A stretch of 63,095 bases of DNA, filler included, from Chrysochromulina tobinii (Eukaryota), in NCBI GenBank assembly GCA_001275005.1. It is 7 parts of 7 records of this genome, joined end to end, with 100 filler letters (N's around TTAATTAATTAA, not from the genome) between each part and the next. Parts side by side here need not be neighbours in the genome. Positions count along the whole stretch, not along the records: positions 6,801 to 22,642 come from JWZX01000833.1; positions 22,743 to 33,271 come from JWZX01000834.1; 5 more parts are not named here. One strand, written 5' to 3'. The position numbers and the translations under genes were made by a program. Below are positions 11,340 through 23,173 of the stretch, piece after piece (positions within the stretch are counted from its first letter, which is position 1; each line of letters begins with the position of its first letter). The notes under the pieces were generated by a model. The model had not been told where the DNA came from. It did not search any database and saw nothing but the letters and a program-made list of their open reading frames with translations.

Positions 11340-11809
11340 CAGCTTCTTCGGCAGGCATGTGCTCGCGCACGGGCAATTGGGCACGTACGTGCGCGAGGCG
11401 TTGCTCTAGAGCAGCCAGCGCGTGATGCAGTCGGCGTGGAACGTGTGTCGGCACGCGAGCGTAATGACGAGGTCCTCTCATCAAGGTCGGCCAAGCACTA
11501 TTTGAGAGGACACTCGTGGCCACCCTTGGTGGACTTACAGCTGGCCTGTGAGGAATGCTCGCGGCTGGAGCGCCATCGCCTCGCCTGCAGCATGGCTATC
11601 TGGTGTCGCGTCGTCCAATCGCCCACCTTGAGGCCGAGTAACTCAAAGCGGATGCAGCTCAAGAGTGCCGACAACACGAAGAGCGCCAGCGCGAGCCCTG
11701 TGAGGCCCTCGAGGAGCCCGGTGAGAAAGTGGCGGCTGAGTGGCACATTGGTGAGGCTTGTGAAGACTACGAGCTCTGAGAGGCCGTCTCGGAGGGAGTC
11801 GCCGAGCAT
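11340..11809 (-). pseudogene. Transmembrane RING-H2 (ATL-like) E3 ligase pseudogene
   Basis: Hydrophobic LALALFVLSALL, then ECPLK*CLADLDE / frameshift / LVITLACRHTFHADCITRWLL*SN...PNCP. Confidence 0.7.
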
Positions 11810-11965
11810 GCCTGCGCGCTCCCGGGTGCCGTCCACCCGAGTTCCCGCGCGTGCGTTTTGTGGTTTCCCCCGATGACGACGCGTCATAACTCGATTCGTC
11901 AGAAGTCCGCTTTTGTGCTCGCCTCAGAGACGAGATGGCCGAGGTGAGAACCAATCTGGAGCCAA

Positions 11966-14589
11966 TCACGACGTCAACGACTCTGACTCACGCGTCACGG
12001 CGGAATCGCCGTTGGGCTTCTTGAGTGCCTTCTTGAACGCCTTGTTGGTGGCGGCGCCGGCCGCGTCGCACGCCTCCCTGAGGCTCGCCACGAGCTCGGG
12101 CGCGAGGCCGTGCTTGGCCGCGAGCGCCATGTACCACTGCAGCAGCCGCTCGCGCTCGCCACGGCGCAGCCGCGCCGAGAGCCGGCAGCGCGAGGTGCTC
12201 GCCACGGCGCTCGAGGGCGCCGTCTCGAGCGCGCAGAGTTTCGTCACGTGCTCTTGCAGCCAGAGGGCGACGCGTGCGCCGATGGCGGCCGCGCTCACGC
12301 CGTGCTCGTCGCCCATCTTGCCGGTTTGGGCGATCGCGGCGAGGGCGGCCTGGTTCGTGCACGAGGCGATCAGCGCCACCTGTGGGGCACGTGCAGGCGC
12401 GCCGTGGTGAGCGCTTGCATGCGGGGCGCCAAACTCATGCGTGCTCGAGGCCATCGCTACCTGCCGCATGAGCGTCGTCGTCTTTCCAGCCGCAGCCTGC
12501 GCCGCGGGCAGCTTGAACGGACTCACGGTAGGGCAGTGTGCGTCCACGCCGAGCCTCGCGGGCGTCAGTTGGAAGCGTGTGAGTACTTCGCGCTGTCGTG
12601 GTGTGAGCGTTCCCCACAGGCGATGTGGAGCGGCCGTTGGCTCATCGTGGGGGGAGGTCGCGCCTGTCGCCGAGCGGTCGCCCCCTGGCAGCCAGCCGTA
12701 CATGTAGAGGAAGGCGCCCGCGGAGAGGTCTCCGTATGAGAGCAGCACCTGTGGGGAAGCGAGGGCGCCGTGGTGAGCGCTTGCGTGCCGGTGAGCATAT
12801 GCATGCTGCGACCTCCGTATCTGAGGGCACTCTGAGGCCAATGAGAGGCGCCATCAGAGGCCAATCAGAGGCGCCATCAGAGGCCAATGAGAGGCGACAT
12901 CAGAGGCCAATGAGAGGCATCATCAGAGGCCATCAGCGGCCAATGAGAGGCCATCAGAGGGCACTCTGAGGCTAATGAGAGGTGCAATCAGAGGCCAATC
13001 AGAGGTGCAATCACCTCCTCGCCGGCCTCGATGGTGCGTGACGAAATCGCAATCACAATCGCAATCACCTCCTCGCCGGCCTCGATGGTGCGTGACGAGA
13101 TCGCAATCACAATCGCAATCACCTCCTCGCCGGCCTCGATGGTGCGTGACGAGATCGCAATCACAATCGCAATCACCTCCTCGCCGGCCTCGATGGTGCG
13201 TGACGAAATCGCAATCACAATCGCAATCACCTCCTCGCCGGCCTCGATGGTGCGTGACGAAATCGCAATCACAATCGCAATCACCTCCTCGCCGGCCTCG
13301 ATGGTGCGTGACGAGATCGCTGCGACGCACGGGGCCTGCTCGGGCGCGCTTGCTGACGCCGCGAGGTTCGAGAGCTCAATCGTCGCGTTGTGCTCTCCCG
13401 AGGGCATGCCGTTGATCAGGTCGAATAAGGGCACGAGACCCACGCCCGCGATCAGACGCGTCGCGACGAGGCCGATGGCATGTGTGAACGCCGCACGTAC
13501 GTCTGCATCGTTCACACGCGGCGCAACACCGAAGAGGCTCGCGAGAGGGGCTGAGAGGGCGGCGAGGTCGCGCGTATCGAGCGCCACGAGCGCGCCAATC
13601 GACGTGTCGAGCAGCAGCTCCGCGGCCGCGCCCTCCCCAAGCGACGCCCACAGCGACGGCGGCGCGGCGTCGCGCGCGCTCGGAAGTGACTTGAGGTATG
13701 GAGACCATGTCGAGTTACGTCCGTCGAGGAGCTCGAGCGTGAGCAGCACGATGGTCTCGAGCCGGCCCGGATCAGACGCATCCACCAGCGGCGTCGTCCA
13801 CGCGCCCACACGGCGCAGCGCCGTCGCCGCCAGCTCAACCTGTCGGATCCGCGCGGCCGTCAGCGCCGGATTCCCCACATGCAAGCACGACGATCGAGCC
13901 ACCCCCATGATGAAATGGCCCTTTTCGACGCGCCGGGTGGCGACGAGCTTCACGTTGGCCGCGTCGCCGCCAAAGGCCATGTAGCTCGACAGGTACAGCA
14001 GCGGCGGCGACTCGGCATGCCGCACGAGCGCCGGCGACGGCCCGCCGCGATCGAGCCATTCCTTGAGCGGACCGATGGCCGACAAGCGGTCCGCATCGGC
14101 GCTCGACGTGCCATGGGCGTCGTCATGGGCGTCCGTCTTCTCCGGAGGACTGCAGTCCGAAGAGGGCTGTCGGATGAAGGCCGAAGAATGCAGCCTGAAG
14201 TATTCGCCAAAGCCCTCGTCGTCGAGCTGCTGCACTGATGATGCGACCGTGAAGCCGTCGTCCTCGACCTTCGGGCTCAGCTCCTCGGACGGCTCTGCTG
14301 GGCTCGACCCCTTGGGAGTCTCGACCACCTTCGCCTCCGCTGGGAGCACACTCACCAGCATGCCGCGTAGTCGTGCCTGCACTCGCACCACGGCCTTGTG
14401 CAGGATCTCACAACCCTCCTTGGAGAGCTCCGAGCCGAGTGTCTGTAGATGGGATGCAGCCTCGTTGAGACGCTCGAGCCTATCAGCGCCGAGCTTGCTG
14501 GCGTTCGCTTGCCACGCGTAGTAGATCGCGACGCCGACGCCGACAGCCGCAGTCGCTGCCGCCGCCGCACTGACCCTGAAGCTGAACAT
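11966..14589 (-). CDS. SET-domain (Rubisco LSMT/SETD3-like) methyltransferase; exons 14589-13285, 12748-12461, 12379-11966
   Basis: WSPYLKSLP, LVPLFDLING..HNA, and SRTIEAGEE|VLLSYGDLS...LYMYGW across an in-frame splice. Confidence 0.8.
13007..13321 (-). repeat. 54-bp tandem repeat x6 of an exon-end/5' splice-site junction
   Basis: Six copies encoding SRTIEAGEEVIA(IVIAIS), each containing GAG|GTGATT. Confidence 0.93.
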
Positions 14590-14764
14590 GATTCCGATTA
14601 TCCGGGGATACCCCCATTCTCCAAGGCAAACTTCATTACGCAAACTTGGAAGTAGGTGCGTGATGGCATCACTTTTGCGCCACCTTGTTGGGGACGCCGC
14701 AAAAGGGTCGTGCGATCGTTGCAGCTTTGATAACGCGGTAAGGACACGCGACCACCGCGCGTTA

Positions 14765-15901
<1,137 letters not shown>

Positions 15902-16489
15902 CTAATCCCAACGGGAGATACATAGGGGCAGACTGAGTGCCACTCGGCACCTGTGCAGCTCTTGGGGAGATTTCGAAGCGCTATGGTGCGCACGATGTCG
16001 GTCTCTCTGACGAGAGCTAAGTGTTGCAGGGGCCCAAGTGCTCGCACCCTCGTCCTTCTTTTCCTCATGGGCCAGCCGCGTCTGGCCATGGCTCTCCCCG
16101 TGGTCGCGAGAAGTCCTTCGCGCGCGATTACCGGGCTCCGGTGGCATGCCAATTTTTCAGGGTGACTTTTGCGACCCGTTCCCGATCAATGTTAAGATCA
16201 ATGGGCCCACCCGCGGTCGACGCAGTACCGGCAAGTAGAATCCGCCGAGACCACACATGTCCGTCGCAGGCACTCGGGGGCCGCGCGGCAATGGTCGCCC
16301 AGGATTTGCCGACCCAGTTGAGGCTGTAGCGATCGGAGGCGGCGACAGCGGCTTCGGCCTACATGTACAGCGCACAGCGCAACAGTACGTACCACTGCCC
16401 ATGGTGAATGCTAGCGCGGTCGTTGGTGCAATGTTGGTGGACCTTTTGGTCGTCGCTGGTGGCATCCCGGTTCTCGGCGTCCCTCCAAG

Positions 16490-17736
16490 ACATGATGTTC
16501 GACGGCGCCGGAGGTGCGTCAACGTCGACGCTCGAGCAGCGGCTCGATGGCTGGGACGACTCCCTCGTGGGCGCGTACAGCAGCACTGATAAGGAGTCGA
16601 GGGATTGGCGGAAACTTATTGCGGGTGCAGGAGGTCACGAAGCAGTCGTCCAATCATTCAAGCAGGTCCCAAAGTCCACCGTCAACAACCCTGAGTCCCT
16701 CCTGCTCTGGCTGGCCAAGTACTTCGGCATCTTGGATGACAAGATCATGTTCATGGTGCTCACCGTGGCCTACTTCAATATCTCGGGGGGGCCTAGGGGG
16801 TCCCACCGTCGAGATCGAGACCGACATGTTTGGAGGGCTGCACTACCTTCACGGTACCCACATGCGTGGATGGATCTTCGTCTACATGTACCACCTCCTC
16901 AAACACCCACAGTGCCTCAATGCAGGAGTGACTTGCACCAAGGCCATGGCCAAGGCCATGGCCTTGGTTGCATTCTTGACATGCGGACCATTGGTCTGGC
17001 GTCGCATCTGCCGTAATGTAAGAGCTGCTGCCAGCCTCACTCTCCTTGTCCACATCACAAGTGAAGCCACTTGGAGACGCGACAGAAAGGAAGTGAGCCG
17101 TGGAGCAGTTGGCGCAGGCGCAGTTGGCCCAGTTGGCGCAGGCGCAGTTGGAGCAGTTGGCGCAGGCGCAGTTGGCCCAGTTGGCGCAGGCACGCCACGC
17201 GCACACGCACACGGGCAGGTGTGGAACATATCCGCTGGGATAGTGCAATCCCGGGAGGGGGCGGAATACAGCGTATCCGACGCACTGAAGTGCATGCGCG
17301 ATGACAATGTATCAGGCCACGTCGTGAGCAACGAAGAATGTGCATCGCTTGCTGCCGCACTGGCACAGTGACGGGTCAAGGACTCTGTCCCCCACAACAC
17401 CTTAGCTAAGGCCATTGCCCCGCTACAGACTGTAGCTGACAGGTGCTTCAGGATGGGTAAGGAGCTTCATTTGATGTTGATAGGCTGCAACACCATCAAG
17501 GCAGTCCCTCCCTGAAGAGGGCGATCCCGGCGAATGCGCAGGGAGTGGTCACAGTGCTGTGCACCTCGGAGGTGTGGCCATCCGACTGCTCCACCATGCT
17601 GTATGGTGCTCTGGCCAGAACCAAGGATTTGAACAGCTTCAGAGCACAAACATGTGCTCTCTTAGGAACGTACACCGATCACTATCAGCGCCAGTCTATA
17701 CAGGATGTGAGTCAACATCCCGATCACAGCTACTGA
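16490..17736 (+). pseudogene. Disrupted coding sequence of unknown family with an internal 24-bp GAVGAGAV-type repeat
   Basis: Protein-like segments shift frame near 16795 and are broken by stops near 17371 and 17515; repeat at about 17102-17190. Confidence 0.4.
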
Positions 17737-18196
17737 TGGCACCCTCGAGCACATGATTACCCTTCGAGAAGGGCTCTCCATGATGGAGCACTGTCAGATG
17801 GAGCACTGTCAGATGTCGCCGCCTCCATCCACGAGCGATGACAGCTCTCAGCCGACGACCTCACGCAGCTCGCCGCCCGCGACGACGTCGGCCTCGACCT
17901 GAAGGAAACGGAGACTGCCCTCATTGTCGCTAAGCGTCGCGCAACAGAACCTCTGCGATGTAATGCATCGTCTGCCAGAATGCCCCCAAACCTGGCCACC
18001 GTCACGCGCCCCGCGCCCTTTGCCAGTACTTTGCCAGCATGGCCTTGATCCTCTCGACGACAGCGTGTCTTGCTCCTCGGAAGCCCTGCTTGCTATCCCG
18101 CACCTTCCCACAAAATTCCCCCTTCCCCCCTTCCCCCCCTCTCCATTCATTTGCATGCGGGATCACGAAAACGCTCGCGTCGACGCTTCACGAGGC

Positions 18197-20503
18197 ATGG
18201 TGCTCTGGATCATGGAAGGGCGCCTCCTACCTCTGCTCGCGTCGCTGTCGGGCGCGGCGGCGACGTCTTTGGACTGCTCGCACGCGGGGACCCGCCTCCC
18301 GGACGGCCGATGCGCGTGCTACCCGGGCTGGACCGGCGCCGACTGCTCGCTCCCGCTCTCGTGCCCGAACGAGTGCAGCGGCCAGGGCTTCTGCCGCAAC
18401 GGCAACTGCACGTGCTATCCGGGGTACGCGGGCGCAGACTGCTCGGAGAGCGTGTGCCCGGTGGACTGCCTGCACCATGGCTCATGCGTCGGCGGCAAGT
18501 GTGTCTGCTCCGCCGGGTACATGGGCGAGGCGTGCGACAGGCCGCGCTGCCCGAACGACTGCACGGAGCTCTCACGAGCCGAGAGCTGCGTCGCGGGGCA
18601 GTGCAAGTGCAAGGAGTCCTACTTTGGGTCCGAGTGCGAGCACCGCCGCTGCCACGGCCGCGGCACGCACAACGGCACCGCGCTCGCCCCGTGCGTGTGC
18701 GAAGAGGCTTACGAGGGCGACGACTGCGAGGGTGTCAGCCACGGGGTCGTGCTCAACGGCAGCCAGTACTGCCGCGAGGGCTTCGGCGGCGCGGACTGCG
18801 CGTACCTGACGTGCCCGTGCGTGTACGGCACGCGCCGCCAGGTCGGCCGCGGCGCGAGCGCCAGCTGCGTGTGCGACTGCGCGCCGGGCGGCAAAGGGTC
18901 CGCGTGCGACGCGCCATGTCCTCTGGGCTGCTCGGGGCACGGCGCGTGCCTGACGTCGACGTCGACGTGCTCGTGCGAGGAGGGGTGGGGGGGCACGGGG
19001 TGCGAGGTGCCGCTCTGCCCGAAGGCGTGCTCGGGCGGTGGCCAGTGCGTGCAAGGGACGTGCATCTGCGCGCCGGGCCGCACGGGGCTCGACTGTGCGA
19101 TCAAGCAGTGCCCTCACGATTGCCACGGCCACGGGCTGTGCGACAGCGTCACGGGCGAGTGCGCGTGCGGGCGCGGCTGGACGGGGCTCGCGTGCTCGAT
19201 CGCGGCGTGCCCTTTCGGCTGCTCTGGCAACGGCAAGTGCGCCGACGACGGCACGTGCTTGTGCGGCGAGGGATGGACTGGCACGGACTGCTCGATCTAC
19301 GCGCCTCCGAATAGCACTGGGCGACTTGCCTGCTCCCCGCCGTGCCTCAATGGCGGGGCATGCCTGGGCGACCACGGCGTGCTCGCGTGCCACTGCGGGC
19401 CCGCCTGGCAGGGGCAGCGCTGCGAGGTGCGCACGTGCCCCCTCGGCTGCTCCGGCCACGGAGTGTGCGGCACCGATGGCGTGTGCGCGTGCGCGACTGG
19501 CTGGGCAGGCCCCGGCTGCGAGGCGCGTACGGCGGCGGAGGAGTGCCCCGGCAACTGCTCGCACGTGGGCAAGTGCGAGCATGGCGCGTGCTACTGCCCC
19601 GCCGGGCGCACCGGCCCCGCGTGCGAGATCGTCACGTGCCTCGACGAGCGAGGTACGTGCGGCGCGCATGGCCACTGCGCTGCCGGGGGTCTGTGCGAGT
19701 GCGACGAGGGGTGGAGCGGTGCGGGCTGCACGACGCACGCGTGCCCGGCGGCCGGGTGCGGCCACGGTGTGTGCGACTACCGTGCCCTCACTTGCCGGTG
19801 CGAGGATGGGTGGCGAGGCGTCGGCTGCACCGAGCAGACGTGCCCGGGCTCACCACCATGCAACGGCCACGGAGTGTGCCTGCCGACCAACGGCACGGGG
19901 CCGGCGCCACTCGGACACTCGGCATGCTTCTGCGCGCCCGGCTACACGGGCGAGGCATGCCAGCACGCCCCATGCCCGAATGAGTGCTCCGGCAAGGGCC
20001 TGTGCTCCCACGGGCATTGCGAGTGCTTCCGAGGCTTCGAGGGGGCGGACTGCTCCAAGCGTTTTGGACCGCCCCAGCACTGTGGCGGGCGCTGTACCGG
20101 CATCTGCCTCGCGCGCTGCCGCCCAAATATGGATGGGCTGCCGACCGGCATCACGCGCCAGAGCCCTCGCGAATGCTATGCACAGTGCGCCAAGACGTGC
20201 GCCGCCTCGTGTGCGGTGCAAGCCGCGCGTGACGCCACGCTGCATCATCATGGGACGCGGCAGGGGAGCTTGTTGGCCGAGAGCGACGAGGCCGACGAGG
20301 GCGACGAGGCTGCAGATGAGGCTGCGGATGAGGACGATGCTCTCCTGCTGCCCGCCGCCGCGACCGAGGGCGTCGTGCAGGAGGGCGTCGTGCAGGTGGT
20401 CGAGCAGAAGCGCTCGCCGCGCGTGGCGGCGCTTGAGAAGCAGGCCGTGGACGAGCTTGCGAGCCTGCTGAGCACGCTGCGCAAGCAGCAGCGCGCCAAG
20501 TAA
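18197..20503 (+). CDS. Secreted tenascin/teneurin-type EGF-repeat protein
   Basis: Signal-like LLPLLASLSGAAA; many CPxxCSGHGxCxxGxCxCxxGWxGxDC repeats; acidic tail. Confidence 0.88.
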   Translation: MVLWIMEGRLLPLLASLSGAAATSLDCSHAGTRLPDGRCACYPGWTGADCSLPLSCPNECSGQGFCRNGNCTCYPGYAGADCSESVCPVDCLHHGSCVGGKCVCSAGYMGEACDRPRCPNDCTELSRAESCVAGQCKCKESYFGSECEHRRCHGRGTHNGTALAPCVCEEAYEGDDCEGVSHGVVLNGSQYCREGFGGADCAYLTCPCVYGTRRQVGRGASASCVCDCAPGGKGSACDAPCPLGCSGHGACLTSTSTCSCEEGWGGTGCEVPLCPKACSGGGQCVQGTCICAPGRTGLDCAIKQCPHDCHGHGLCDSVTGECACGRGWTGLACSIAACPFGCSGNGKCADDGTCLCGEGWTGTDCSIYAPPNSTGRLACSPPCLNGGACLGDHGVLACHCGPAWQGQRCEVRTCPLGCSGHGVCGTDGVCACATGWAGPGCEARTAAEECPGNCSHVGKCEHGACYCPAGRTGPACEIVTCLDERGTCGAHGHCAAGGLCECDEGWSGAGCTTHACPAAGCGHGVCDYRALTCRCEDGWRGVGCTEQTCPGSPPCNGHGVCLPTNGTGPAPLGHSACFCAPGYTGEACQHAPCPNECSGKGLCSHGHCECFRGFEGADCSKRFGPPQHCGGRCTGICLARCRPNMDGLPTGITRQSPRECYAQCAKTCAASCAVQAARDATLHHHGTRQGSLLAESDEADEGDEAADEAADEDDALLLPAAATEGVVQEGVVQVVEQKRSPRVAALEKQAVDELASLLSTLRKQQRAK

Positions 20504-20515
20504 AGCCCACCCAGA

Positions 20516-20563
20516 CACAACACACACACACACACACACACACACGAGAGAGAGAGAGAGAGA
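20516..20563 (+). repeat. Compound (CA)n(GA)n microsatellite just downstream of the EGF-gene stop
   Basis: Read directly. Confidence 0.95.
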
Positions 20564-20891
20564 GGGCTTGCGGCTGAAGGGAGATCTGTCGCCCCAGCAT
20601 GAGATCGGGCAACATTGCATGTGGAGTTGTGGACAGCGCCTGGGGTGAGGCGGACGAGCAGCAGAGCCAGTGCCAGAGAGGCGCGTAGGTGGCGGTGCGT
20701 TCAAATACTGCATTCAAATACATTGTTTCTCTAAAACGAAATAGATTACATAGCGTTAGTGAATTGCGCGGATCCGCTGAAGACACCGTGTGGATTGATC
20801 AATGGGGATCTCGCGGCTGGCGACATTCATTTTGACGAGGCGCGTCCTGAACGTTTCCGCTCTAGAAACATGCGCCGCAGGCCGCAGCTTC

Positions 20892-22531
20892 CTAATCGGG
20901 CTTGACGAGGCGCGTCTTGAACGTCTCCGCTCCAAACATGCGCCGCAGCTTCGAGGTGTTGCAGCTGCTGTACCAGTCGCATTGCTGGTGCGCGTGTGAG
21001 AGTGAAATCCAACGGCAGCGCGCGCACCTGTGGGGAGGGGGAGCGCCATGTTGAGCACTTGCATGCAGTGAGATCCAACGGCAGCGCGCGCACCGGCGGC
21101 AGCGCTCGGAGCAATCCTCGAGGCTCCACAAGCCATGCGGGGAGATGTCGTCGCGGCTTCCGAACCCGAGCGCCCATGTGCCCGCGGCGCCGCGCTCGCA
21201 GTCTCCTGGGAAGCCCCAGGTACGCATGCAAGTGCCGGTATTCGGCCCTCCCCAGCTCCCAAATTTGGGTTCCAGATCAAAGCTGTCCAGCCCCGCCTCG
21301 AGGGCGGCGCCCTCGACGCGCTGCGTGCGTCGCCCCGCCTCGATCGTCGACCGGTCGGTGGCGCGCTCCCAGGCCCGCGACAGCGCGATGTCGAAGGCGT
21401 CGGGCAGCGCCGTGTCGGGCAGCGCCGTGTCGGGCAGCCGGCTCGCACCTCCGTCGGGTGCGGCCCGAGCGTCGTCCCGAGCGTCGGCAACGGTCGCCGT
21501 GGCGCTGCGGGAGAGCAGCGCCGTGTCGAGCAGCGCCGTGTCGACGGCCGCGTACTGCATCCGGTGCCCATGCGCGCCGATCGTGCGCTGCATCGCGCGC
21601 ACGTGCTCGATCGGGATGGCACGAAGCTGAGCGATCGGATCGAGGCGCCCTCGGACCACTTCGTCCGGATCGATGAGCACCTGATGAGGGAGGCAATCAG
21701 GAGTGTCCTCAGAGGCGGGAAGCAATCAGGCACGAGGCGCCCTCGGGCCACTTCGGCCGGATCGATGCGCACCGACGCATTCTGGTGCCATGCGCCCCAA
21801 TGCCAGGGCCACTGCTCGGCTTGGCCCCTGTGGAAGAGGACGGGGATGCACCCAAGGACGAGGTCATCAGAGGCAATCAGAGGTCATCAGAGGCGCTCGC
21901 CATGGCGCTCGCCTGTGGAAGAGGACGGGGATGCACCCAAGGACGAGGTCATCAGAGGCAATCAGAGGTCATCAGAGGCGCTCGCCATGGCGCTCGCCTG
22001 TGGAAGAGGACGGGGATGCACCCAAGGACGAGGGAGTCGACGATGGCCTTTCTCGAGACGGCGTCACCTGTGGGGAAAGGGGGGGAGGGCGCCGTGAGGA
22101 GCACGTGCATGCCAACGGCCACCTCGAGGCGGCGTCACCCGGCGGCTGCAGGCAAAACGTGGCGTTCCAGTACAGTCGCGAGATCGAGTGCCACGACGGC
22201 TCGCGTGCCTGTGGGGAGCGGGGCGCCATGATGAGCACTTGCATGCACTTGCATGCAGTCGCGCGATCGAGTGCGCTGGCTCGCATACCGCGCCCAAGCT
22301 CGCCTTCGCGCTGCCCGGCTCGCTCCCCTTGTCGCCGAGGCGATGGAATTTACAGATGGGCTCGGACGCCCGGTCGCACGCCCTCTGCAAGGCCAGCCGG
22401 AGGGCGACCACCTCGCGACCGCCGTGCTGCACCCCAAATGCCCCGGCGACGAGCAGCGGGCGGGCGTGCTCGGAGCGCCATGGGAATCCTCGTGCGCTCG
22501 GCTCGAGGTGCACGACGCTCGGGTGGGGTAC
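20892..22531 (-). CDS. Exostosin-family (GT47) glycosyltransferase, 3' part, with C-terminal Cys-rich (PAN/apple-like) domain; at least 6 introns; 5' end in gap
   Basis: Spliced reading gives LYWNATFCLQPP|GDAVSRKAIVDSLVLGCIPVLFHR|GQAEQWPWHW; introns at 22209-22288, 22068-22138, 21828-21997 (GC-AG), 21681-21772, 21028-21093 and from 22532 into the gap. Confidence 0.82.
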
Positions 22532-23173
22532 CTGATGAGGGACGCACTCAAGACCAATCAGAGGCAATCAGAGGCAATCAGTGGCAATCAGAGGCAATCA
22601 GAGGCAATCAGAGGCAATCAGAGGCAATCAGAAGCAATCAGANNNNNNNNNNNNNNNNNNNNNNNNNNNNNNNNNNNNNNNNNNNNTTAATTAATTAANN
22701 NNNNNNNNNNNNNNNNNNNNNNNNNNNNNNNNNNNNNNNNNNAGGCTTGAGCTTGATGTAGTGCTTGTCGTCTTTGGATGGTTCGCTGGTCATTTTCAGA
22801 GGTTCAGGACGATCGGGACGTCCACCGCTACCACGTGAATATACGTGACCAAGTAAAGGGTAGCTCGGAGGCTTAACCGTGTGCACTGGGGCGAGCACGG
22901 GCAGAGAGACGGACAGACCGAAAGAACTCCCTGCTGAATCCCAAAAACCCTAACGGACAAAACACGCGCCTAGAGAAACGGTCAGACGTTTCAGAGCCGA
23001 CTAGTGAACATATGAGGCACGCTCACTGACGCTAGTCGTTCACACCGTCTAGTCGTTCACAGCCAATGGTTTAATTCGGCACCCAAGACACCGTTCACAC
23101 CATCTTACACACCATCAAAACGTTCTTTTTTTGATGTAGGAAAACGAGACGCACGCGGTCTTCGAGCGCACCG

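Noticed and set aside
13007..13321. Regular repeats resembling a CRISPR array (also 7075-8420 and 21828-22030)
   Set aside because: Units are contiguous with no unique spacers, there are no cas genes, and the context is eukaryotic.
17460..17600. LMLIGCNT segment as a possible CHAT/caspase-like motif
   Set aside because: Too short and interrupted by stops to support a family call.
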